Shown piece after piece: positions 56,617 to 64,000 of a DNA stretch of 64,000 nucleotides. Origin of the DNA: Vicinamibacteria bacterium (GTDB taxonomy: Bacteria; Acidobacteriota; Vicinamibacteria; Marinacidobacterales; Marinacidobacteraceae). The position numbers were made by a program, and so were the translations under genes. The stretch is from contig OZ241322.1 in assembly GCA_965199715.1 (NCBI GenBank), forward strand, positions 992,001 to 1,056,000, written 5' to 3'. The notes under the pieces were generated by a model. That model saw only the letters and a program-made list of their open reading frames with translations, was not told where the DNA came from and searched no databases. Position 1 is the stretch's first letter, and each line of letters starts with the position of its first letter.

Positions 56617-58401
56617 ATGTCCAACGGTTTCGACTACAGCATCTCGATCGGAGGAGCCGCCGGGCAAGGCATCGCCACCCCCGGCAACATCCTCGCCCGG
56701 ATGATCGTCCGGCGGGGCCTCCACCTGAACGCGTACAACGCCTACCAGTCCATCATCCGGGGCGGCCACATCTTCCTGACGATGCGGATCGGCGACAACG
56801 AGGCGCCCTCGCACGGCGACTCCATCGACCTGATGCTGTGCCTCAACCAGGACACGATGACCCGGCACCTGCGGCACCTCGGCCCGGGCGCCCACGCCGT
56901 GTACAACTCGGACACGATCACGCCGGGCGACCACCAGGACGGGGTGCAGCTCTGCGGGATGCCGGTCGAGGAGCTCACCGGAACCAACAAGAACCGCCTC
57001 GCCCAGAACACGGCGGCGCTCGGAGTCATCGCCCACCTGATGGGCCTTCCCTTCGAGTTCCTCGAGTCGGCGCTCAGCCTCCAGTTCCAGCGCAAGGGCG
57101 ACGAGGTCGTGAAGACCAACGTGGACGTGGCGCGGGCCGGCTTCGACCACTCGTCCGCGAACTTCACGCCGAACCCGGCCCCGATGCCGAAGAACGACTC
57201 CCCGCTCGCGGTCTGGACCGGCAACGACGCGCTCGCCATGGGCGGGGCCGCCGCCGGCGTCAAGTTCTACTGCGCCTACCCGATGAGTCCCTCGACCGGC
57301 GTCCTCCACTGGATGGCGCGGCACTGCCGGGATCTCGGCATCATGGTGCGTCAGGTCGAGGACGAGATCGGCGTCGCCAACATGGCGGTCGGCGCGGCGC
57401 ACACCGGCGCCCGCACGATGTGCGCCACCTCGGGCGGCGGCTTCGCGCTCATGACCGAGGCGGTCGGATCGGCGGCCATGATGGAGATCCCGGTGGTCTT
57501 CATCAACGTGATGCGCGCCGGCCCGTCCACCGGGGTGCCCACGAAGACCGAGCAGGGAGACCTCTGGCAGGCGCTCGGCGCGAGCCAGGGCGACTTCGAG
57601 CGGGTGGTGGTGGCGCCGACCGACGCGACCGACGCCTTCCACACGATAGGCGAGGTGTTCAACCTCGTGGATCGCTACCAGTGCCCGGCGATCGTGCTTT
57701 CGGACCTGCTCATCTCGGAGGGCACCTTCAGCGTCGCCCCCGACGGGATCGACATGTTCCCGCCGATCGAGCGAGGCAAGCTCATCCAGGACGCGAACGG
57801 CGAGGACGCGCCGTACCAGCGCTACCTCGACACCGAGGACGGAATCTCGCCGCGGGCGGTGCCCGGAACGCCGGGCCACGTCCACGTGGTGGCCACCGAC
57901 GAGCACGACGAGGACGGCGTGCTCATCTCGGACGAGTTCACGAACCCGATCAAGCGCCGCCAGATGGTCGAAAAGCGCGCCCGCAAGCTCGCCGACTTCG
58001 AGGCCCGGGTGCCCGCTCCCGAACTCGAGGGCGACGAGGACGCCGAGGTCACGCTCGTCGGCTGGGGCTCCACCCTGGGCGTCATCCACGAAGCCATGGA
58101 GCAGCTCCGCGCCGACGGGGTCCGGGTGAACCGGCTCCACGTGAAGTGGCTCGCGCCCTTCCACCGCGACGCGGTCGCGGCGGCGCTCGGCAAGGCGAAG
58201 CGGACGCTCATCGTCGAGAACAACCACTCGGGGCAGTTCCACCGGTACCTGCGCGGCGAGACCGGAATCACGGTGGACGGCCACATCCGCAAGTACGACG
58301 GCGAGCCGTTCATGCCGCACCATGTCGCCGACGGCGTGAAGGCCCACCTCGCCGGCGAGTCCCCGAGCGTATTCGTCCCCGAACAGGAACTCCTCGTTTG
58401 A
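56617..58401 (+). CDS. 2-oxoacid:ferredoxin oxidoreductase subunit alpha
   Basis: IGGAAGQG, IRGGH, YPMSPS, QVEDE, TSGGGFALM, GPSTGVPTKTEQGD. Confidence 0.94.
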   Translation: MSNGFDYSISIGGAAGQGIATPGNILARMIVRRGLHLNAYNAYQSIIRGGHIFLTMRIGDNEAPSHGDSIDLMLCLNQDTMTRHLRHLGPGAHAVYNSDTITPGDHQDGVQLCGMPVEELTGTNKNRLAQNTAALGVIAHLMGLPFEFLESALSLQFQRKGDEVVKTNVDVARAGFDHSSANFTPNPAPMPKNDSPLAVWTGNDALAMGGAAAGVKFYCAYPMSPSTGVLHWMARHCRDLGIMVRQVEDEIGVANMAVGAAHTGARTMCATSGGGFALMTEAVGSAAMMEIPVVFINVMRAGPSTGVPTKTEQGDLWQALGASQGDFERVVVAPTDATDAFHTIGEVFNLVDRYQCPAIVLSDLLISEGTFSVAPDGIDMFPPIERGKLIQDANGEDAPYQRYLDTEDGISPRAVPGTPGHVHVVATDEHDEDGVLISDEFTNPIKRRQMVEKRARKLADFEARVPAPELEGDEDAEVTLVGWGSTLGVIHEAMEQLRADGVRVNRLHVKWLAPFHRDAVAAALGKAKRTLIVENNHSGQFHRYLRGETGITVDGHIRKYDGEPFMPHHVADGVKAHLAGESPSVFVPEQELLV

Positions 58402-58441
58402 AGACCGCTGCGGAACGCTCCCCCATCCCGGAGGAATCTCC

Positions 58442-59338
58442 ATGACGATTGAACTCGCGGCGAAGCCGCTGACCGCCAAGGACTTCAAGGGGAAGGTCGA
58501 TCCCGACTGGTGTCCCGGCTGCGGCGACTTCGGCCTGCTGCGGGCGACGCAGACCGCGGCGGCCCAGAACGGTCTCCGGCCCGAGGAGATCGTCTGCGTG
58601 AGCGGAATCGGCTGCTCGTCGAACTTCCCCGGGTACTTCAACTCCTACGGGATGCACACGCTCCACGGCCGGGCGCTCGCGGTGGCCACCGGAGTCAAGA
58701 TGGCGAACCACGAGCTCACCGTGCTCGTGACCGGCGGGGACGGCGACGGCTACGGAATCGGCGGCAACCACTTCACCCACACCGCCCGGCGCAACGTGGA
58801 CCTCACGTATCTCGTGATGAACAACCAGATCTACGGGCTCACCACCGGGCAGATCTCGCCGAGCAGCAGCGTGGGGATGAAGACCAAGAGCACGCCGTTC
58901 GGCAACGTCGAGCGGCCGGTGAACCCGATCGCGTCGGCGATCGTGAACGGGGCCACCTACGTGGGCCGCGGCTTCTCCGGCGCGCCGAAGCAGCTCGTGG
59001 AGCTCATCAAGGGGGCGCTGGCGCACCCCGGATTCGCGGTGGTGGACGTGTTCAGCCCCTGCGTCACCTTCAACCGGGACAACACCTACCAGTTCTTCCG
59101 GGAGCGGGTCACGCCGCTCGAGAAGGAAGGGCACGACCCCGGCGACTGGCGCGCCGCCTGCGAGAAGTCGATGGATTGGGAGGACCGGATCCACACCGGC
59201 CTCTTCTTCCGCAACGAGTCCGTCCCGGCGCTGCACGCGCTGGAGCCGATTCTCGACGACGGCGCCCCTCCGGTGTCCCGCGTCCCCGAGTCGCTGACCA
59301 AGGAGCAGGCCGACCGGATCATCCGCGGGATGATGTGA
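58442..59338 (+). CDS. 2-oxoacid:ferredoxin oxidoreductase subunit beta
   Basis: WCPGCG, SGIGCS, HGRA, GDGD..IGGNH, NN.IYGLT.GQ, SPCVTFN. Confidence 0.95.
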   Translation: MTIELAAKPLTAKDFKGKVDPDWCPGCGDFGLLRATQTAAAQNGLRPEEIVCVSGIGCSSNFPGYFNSYGMHTLHGRALAVATGVKMANHELTVLVTGGDGDGYGIGGNHFTHTARRNVDLTYLVMNNQIYGLTTGQISPSSSVGMKTKSTPFGNVERPVNPIASAIVNGATYVGRGFSGAPKQLVELIKGALAHPGFAVVDVFSPCVTFNRDNTYQFFRERVTPLEKEGHDPGDWRAACEKSMDWEDRIHTGLFFRNESVPALHALEPILDDGAPPVSRVPESLTKEQADRIIRGMM

Positions 59339-59360
59339 GTCCGCCGAGGAGCAACCGCCA

Positions 59361-60239
59361 ATGACCGCCGAATTCCGCCTCAAGACCGGCCTCGCCGACA
59401 TGCTCAAGGGCGGCGCCATCATGGACGTGACGAACGCCGAGCAGGCGCGGATCGCCGAGGACGCCGGCGCGGTGAGCGTCATGGCGCTCGAGCGGGTGCC
59501 GGCGGACATCCGCCGGGACGGCGGCGTGGCGCGGATGTCCGCGGTGGAGGTCATCCAGGAGATCCTCGACACCGTCAGCATCCCGGTCATGGCCAAGGTC
59601 CGCATCGGCCACTTCGTCGAGGCGCAGCTTCTCCAGCAACTGGGCGTGGACTACATCGACGAGAGCGAGGTCCTCACCCCGGCGGACGAGGAGAACCACA
59701 TCGACAAGCACGAGTTCAACGTGCCGTTCGTGTGCGGCTGCCGGAACCTCGGCGAGGCGCTGCGGCGGGTCGGCGAGGGCGCGGCGCTGATCCGCACCAA
59801 GGGCGAGGCCGGATCCGGCAACATCGTCGAGGCCGTCCGCCACCTCCGCCGGATCAACGGCGAGATGCGCCGGCTCACGGTGCTTCGCGGCGACGAGCTG
59901 ATGTCCGAGGCCAAGCGCCTCCAGGCACCGTACCAGATCGTCCGGATGGTGGCCGAGACCGGCAAGCTGCCGGTGCCCAACTTCGCGGCGGGCGGCGTGG
60001 CCACTCCCGCGGACGCGGCGCTTTGCATGCAGCTCGGCGCCGAATCGGTCTTCGTCGGCTCGGGCATCTTCAAGTCGGCGGACCCGGCCCCCCGAGCGCG
60101 GGCGATCGTGAAGGCGGTCACCCACTACAAGGACCCGGCGATGCTGGTCGAGGTTTCCCGCGGCCTCGGCGACCCGATGCGCGGACTCGACACCTCCTCG
60201 ATGCCGGAGGAGGAGCTCCTCCAGACCCGCGGCAACTGA
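59361..60239 (+). CDS. pdxS: Pyridoxal 5'-phosphate synthase lyase subunit
   Basis: [36 protein letters not shown]. Confidence 0.97.
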   Translation: MTAEFRLKTGLADMLKGGAIMDVTNAEQARIAEDAGAVSVMALERVPADIRRDGGVARMSAVEVIQEILDTVSIPVMAKVRIGHFVEAQLLQQLGVDYIDESEVLTPADEENHIDKHEFNVPFVCGCRNLGEALRRVGEGAALIRTKGEAGSGNIVEAVRHLRRINGEMRRLTVLRGDELMSEAKRLQAPYQIVRMVAETGKLPVPNFAAGGVATPADAALCMQLGAESVFVGSGIFKSADPAPRARAIVKAVTHYKDPAMLVEVSRGLGDPMRGLDTSSMPEEELLQTRGN

Positions 60240-60249
60240 GGCGGAGCGC

Positions 60250-60834
60250 ATGACGCGCCGGCCCGCCATCGGAGTGCTCGCGCTCCAGGGCAGCTTCGCG
60301 CTGCACGCGGACATGCTCCGAAGCCTCGGACTCGAGCCGATCGAGGTGCGCAAGCGCAGCGAGTTCGAGGGGCTCGACGGGCTCATCGTCCCCGGCGGCG
60401 AGAGCTCCACGATGCTCAAGTTCCTCGACGAGGAATCGCTGTCCGAGCCGATCCGCAACATGCATGCGGAGGGCCGGGCGCTCTACGGAACCTGCGCGGG
60501 GGCCATCCTGCTGGCGCGCGCGGTCGAGAACCCGCCGCAGGACGCGCTCGGCCTGATCGACGTGACCGTCCGGCGCAACGGCTACGGGCGGCAGGTGGAC
60601 AGCCACATCGCGAGCGCCCCCTGCCCCGCGCTCGGCGAGCCCGAGCTTCCGGTCGTGATGATCCGGGGGCCGGTCATCACCGAGGTCGGGCCGGACGTGG
60701 AAGTGCTGGCCGAGCACCGGGGCCACCCGGCGCTCGTGCGCGAGGGCCGGGTTCTCGCGAGCACCTTCCACCCGGAACTCACCGAGGACACGCGCGTCCA
60801 CGAGTGCTTCGTCCGCCTCGCGGCGAACGACTGA
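60250..60834 (+). CDS. pdxT: PLP synthase glutaminase subunit
   Basis: GVLALQG, PGGESS, GTCAG, RN.YGRQ, FHPEL. Confidence 0.95.
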   Translation: MTRRPAIGVLALQGSFALHADMLRSLGLEPIEVRKRSEFEGLDGLIVPGGESSTMLKFLDEESLSEPIRNMHAEGRALYGTCAGAILLARAVENPPQDALGLIDVTVRRNGYGRQVDSHIASAPCPALGEPELPVVMIRGPVITEVGPDVEVLAEHRGHPALVREGRVLASTFHPELTEDTRVHECFVRLAAND

Positions 60835-60854
60835 CGAAGCCGGCTTAACGAAAC

Positions 60855-60886
60855 CCGGCCGCCGCGGCTTGCACCGCGGCGGCCGG
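60855..60886. terminator. GC-rich hairpin between convergent pdxT and pal
   Basis: 13-bp perfect stem CCGGCCGCCGCGG/CCGCGGCGGCCGG with 6-nt loop; T-rich run follows on the minus strand. Confidence 0.7.
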
Positions 60887-60906
60887 TCGCCGGAGCGGGG
60901 TTCGCT

Positions 60907-61476
60907 CTAGCGGCGGGTGATCTTGAAGTGCGCCCGGCGGTTGCGCATCCAGCAGGCCTCGTCGCTATCCATGCACTGAGGCTGCTCCTTGCCGTAGCTG
61001 ATCATCTCCAGCCGTCCCTCGGGAACGCCGAGCGAGGCCAGGTAGTCATGGGCGGCGCGGGCCCGGCGCTCGCCGAGCGCCTGGTTGTACTCCACGGTGC
61101 CGCGCTCGTCGCAGTGTCCCTCGACCACGATCCTCGCCGTCACCTCGGGCGCCTTGAGCCAGTCCGCGTTGGCGCGGAGCGTCGCCATGGCGGCTTCCGT
61201 GAGATCGGACTGGTCGTACTCGAAGTGCACGTCCGCGAGGTTCTCCTGCAGCTCGGCGATATCCGTCTCGATGTACGTATTGCGCACCGTCAACGGCGGC
61301 TCCTCCGGCGGCGGCGGCGGCGGGGGCGGCGGCGGCGGGGGCGGCGGCGGGGGCGGCGGATCCTCCGGCGGCGGGGGCGGGGGCGGCGGCGGGGACGACG
61401 AACAAGCTGCGGCTACCAGACCGAGACCCAGCGTCGCCAGACTCAGCAGCAGCAACGTGGCGATAGTTTTTCTCAC
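60907..61476 (-). CDS. pal: Peptidoglycan-associated lipoprotein with polyproline linker
   Basis: Lipobox AAAC, VHFEYDQS, EGHCDERGT.EYN.ALGERRA, SYGKE, NRRA. Confidence 0.92.
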   Translation of the reverse strand: MRKTIATLLLLSLATLGLGLVAAACSSSPPPPPPPPPEDPPPPPPPPPPPPPPPPPPEEPPLTVRNTYIETDIAELQENLADVHFEYDQSDLTEAAMATLRANADWLKAPEVTARIVVEGHCDERGTVEYNQALGERRARAAHDYLASLGVPEGRLEMISYGKEQPQCMDSDEACWMRNRRAHFKITRR

Positions 61477-61599
61477 CGAGAACCTCCGTACGGGAATTGC
61501 TAGGGATGAGGGTATCCGAAAACGCGGAAACCGGTCAACGGGCGCTCCGCGCACGCGCCCTGAGAGCAAAGCAATCGTAACCGGGAAAAGGGGGCACTT

Positions 61600-62310
61600 T
61601 CACTCAAGTTCCGCGCGCACCCGAAGCGCGGCCGCGCGGGGGTCGGCGCTGCGCGCAATCGCCCGGCCCATCACGACGTAGTTGGCCCCCCGCTCGGCGG
61701 CCTCGACCGGCGTCGCGATCCGCCGCTGGTCGTGCGCCGCCGCCGCCCACGCCGGACGCACGCCGGGAACGAGCGCCGCCGGCTCGTCCCCGAGCTCCTC
61801 GCGGATCGCCGCCAGCTCATGGGCCGACGCAACGACGCCGCCGGCGCCGGCCTCGGTCGCGAGGCGGGCGAGGCGCAGCGCGCGTTCGGTGACGCCGCCG
61901 TCGCCGAACACTTCGGCCGCGGCGGCGGAATCGAGACTGGTCAGGACGGTGACCGCGAGCAGGAGCGCGTCCCGGTCCCGCGCGGCGTCGGCGGCCGCCC
62001 GAACCATGGCCCGCCCGCCCGAGGCGTGCACGTCCACGATGCTCGCGCCGGTGCGGACCGCGGCGCGGACCGCTCCGGCCGCGGTCGCCGGGATGTCGTG
62101 GAACTTGAGGTCGAGGAAGACCCGTCCCGCGGCGGCGAACTCGGCGACCGCGGCGGGTCCGGCGGCGGTGAACAGCTCCTTGCCGATCTTGAAGAACGAG
62201 ACCGCGCCGGCGAGCCGGTCGCGCAGCCGCAGCGCCTCGTCGAGCGACGGCGTATCGACCGCGACGACGAGCTCCGGCCGCCCGGGGGCGGGGATCCAGT
62301 CCGGCTTCAC
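61600..62310 (-). CDS. pyrF: Orotidine-5'-phosphate decarboxylase
   Basis: FLDLKFHDIPAT, VTVLTS, PGVR, DQRR, VMGR. Confidence 0.95.
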   Translation of the reverse strand: MKPDWIPAPGRPELVVAVDTPSLDEALRLRDRLAGAVSFFKIGKELFTAAGPAAVAEFAAAGRVFLDLKFHDIPATAAGAVRAAVRTGASIVDVHASGGRAMVRAAADAARDRDALLLAVTVLTSLDSAAAAEVFGDGGVTERALRLARLATEAGAGGVVASAHELAAIREELGDEPAALVPGVRPAWAAAAHDQRRIATPVEAAERGANYVVMGRAIARSADPRAAALRVRAELE

Positions 62311-63224
62311 GCGGCCATCGCTCCCACGAGGTCGTGGACCCGGGCCACCCGATGGCGGCGGCAGTAGGCGGCGAGGTCGTCGAGCGTGCGCCGCCAGATC
62401 CCGGGATCCACGAAGTTCATGGTGCCGATCTGGACCGCCGTCGCGCCCGCCAGCAGGAACTCCACGACGTCCGCCGCGCCCGCGATTCCTCCCATCCCGA
62501 TCACCGGGATGGAGCAGCCGCGGGCCGCCTCCCAGACCATGCGCACCGCGATGGGCCGGATCGCCGGCCCGGAGAGGCCGCCGATGACGTTCGCGAGGCG
62601 CGGCCGGCGAGTCTCCACGTCCACCGCCATCGCCGGGATCGTGTTGATGAGCGAGACCGCGTCGGCGCCGGCTTCCTCGACCCGCCGCGCCGCCGCGCCG
62701 ACGTCGGGGGCGCTCGGGCTGAGCTTCGGGATGACCGGGAGCCGCGTGGCCGCCCGGACGACTTCGGTGACGCGGGCGGCGCTGTCCGGGTCGCGCCCGA
62801 ACTCGATGCCCCCTTCCTTCACGTTCGGGCAGGAGATGTTGATCTCGATTCCCGCGACGCCCTCCGCTTCGTCGAGGATCCGGGCGAGCTCGCTGTACTC
62901 GCCGATCGAGCTGCCGCAAATGTTCGCGATCACGACCGGGTGGCGGCGGCGCACCGCCGGGAGCTTCTCCTCGAGGAACCGGCGGATCCCCACTTCCTGG
63001 AGGCCGATCGCGTTGAGCATCCCCGACGGGGTCTCCCAGATGCGCGGCGGGGGGCAGCCGGGCCGGGGGTCCAGATAGAGACCCTTGGCCGAGATCGCCC
63101 CGATTGCGTCGTAATCGGCCACGTCCGCGTATTCGCCGCCGTACCCGAAGGTGCCGCTCGCGGCGATCAGCGGGGTCTTCAGGCGCAGTCCGGCGACCTC
63201 GACCGCGAGATCGGGAGCCGTCAC
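62307..63224 (-). CDS. pyrD: Dihydroorotate dehydrogenase class 1B catalytic subunit
   Basis: AASGTFG, GMLNAIGL, EINISCPN, KLSP, INT, GGLSG. Confidence 0.95.
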   Translation of the reverse strand: MTAPDLAVEVAGLRLKTPLIAASGTFGYGGEYADVADYDAIGAISAKGLYLDPRPGCPPPRIWETPSGMLNAIGLQEVGIRRFLEEKLPAVRRRHPVVIANICGSSIGEYSELARILDEAEGVAGIEINISCPNVKEGGIEFGRDPDSAARVTEVVRAATRLPVIPKLSPSAPDVGAAARRVEEAGADAVSLINTIPAMAVDVETRRPRLANVIGGLSGPAIRPIAVRMVWEAARGCSIPVIGMGGIAGAADVVEFLLAGATAVQIGTMNFVDPGIWRRTLDDLAAYCRRHRVARVHDLVGAMAA

Positions 63225-64000
63225 AGCGGATGCGGATCGCGGTCCCACGCGATCCGGCCGGCGTCGAAGACCGGCCCCTCGGAGCAACTCCGCAGGTATT
63301 CGGGCGGGCCTCCGCCGGGCGGCGCGGCCCAGACCACGCAGCCGAGGCAGCAGCCCATCCCGCATCCCATCCGCCGCTCGATGGAGACCTGGTGGGGGAG
63401 GCCCGCCGCGTCCGCGAGCTGCGCGACCCGCACGAGCATCGGCGTGGGGCCGCAGGAATAGACGACGGCGGGCGCGGCGTCCTCGAGCGCGTCCGCGAAC
63501 AGCTCGGTCACGTACCCCCGGCGGCCCGCGCTTCCGTCCTCGGTCGCGCAGCGCACGTCCATGCCGAAGGCGCGGAAGGCGTCGCGCAGGTAGAGGTCGC
63601 GCTCGCGGCGGCCGCCGAGCAGCACGACGGCGCTGCGTCCGGCCTCGGCGAGCTCTCTCGCAAACGCCACGAAGGGCGCGATCCCGACCCCGCCCGCGAC
63701 CACGAGCGGCGTGACTCCCACGGGCGGCGCGGCGAACGAGGTTCCGAGCGGGCCGAGGCAATCGGCCTCCCCGCCGATCGGAAGCCGGGCGAGCGCCCCG
63801 GTGCCGGATCCCACGACCTTGACGAGCAGGGTGAACCCGCCGCCCTCGGGCCGGTCGCAGTAGGAGTAGGGGCGCCGCAGGAGGCCCGCTCCGGGGACGC
63901 GCAGCATCGCGAACTGCCCGGCGCGGAAGGACCCCGGCGCGCCCTCGAAGCGCAGCGCCTGCGCGTCCTCGGCGAGGACGTCGCGCTCGACGAGCCGGAC
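63221..64000 (-). CDS. pyrK: Dihydroorotate dehydrogenase electron-transfer subunit (5' partial)
   Basis: RRPYS, GPLG, GGVGIAP, CGPTPM, MGCGMGCCLGC...C..GP 2Fe-2S motif. Confidence 0.93.
   Translation of the reverse strand, partial: VRLVERDVLAEDAQALRFEGAPGSFRAGQFAMLRVPGAGLLRRPYSYCDRPEGGGFTLLVKVVGSGTGALARLPIGGEADCLGPLGTSFAAPPVGVTPLVVAGGVGIAPFVAFARELAEAGRSAVVLLGGRRERDLYLRDAFRAFGMDVRCATEDGSAGRRGYVTELFADALEDAAPAVVYSCGPTPMLVRVAQLADAAGLPHQVSIERRMGCGMGCCLGCVVWAAPPGGGPPEYLRSCSEGPVFDAGRIAWDRDPHPL

Overview
High-GC, densely packed chromosomal window from a diderm bacterium (Pal, TolC-type and RND genes; the gene set looks Acidobacteriota-like, which is inference only). Most of it is housekeeping: a Suf Fe-S operon under an Rrf2 regulator, gcvTHP/thyA/folA one-carbon genes, an ECF sigma-linked two-RND operon, cysS, an Rsb-type partner-switch trio, ribF, mazG, comEC, birA, icmF, rpsA-ihfB, 2-oxoacid:ferredoxin oxidoreductase, pdxST, pal and pyrKDF. 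The standout is about 30.0-40.5 kb. A ~10 kb co-oriented cassette (type-1 IPP isomerase, tripartite RND exporter, one full-length non-canonical cytochrome P450 flanked by two internally deleted P450 copies, and an MpaB/Lcp-like heme oxygenase) lies between tRNA-Cys(GCA) and tRNA-Leu(TAA), splitting the widely conserved Gly-Cys-Leu tRNA cluster. A relic copy of the oxygenase 3' end lies on the far side of tRNA-Leu. The P450 lacks the I-helix Thr and has a C-x-W heme loop, and no redox partner is encoded nearby. This suggests an undescribed oxygenase/P450 system for modifying and exporting an isoprenoid. No CRISPR array, rRNA, integrase or transposase was seen. All calls come from reading motifs by eye, and many start codons are best estimates.
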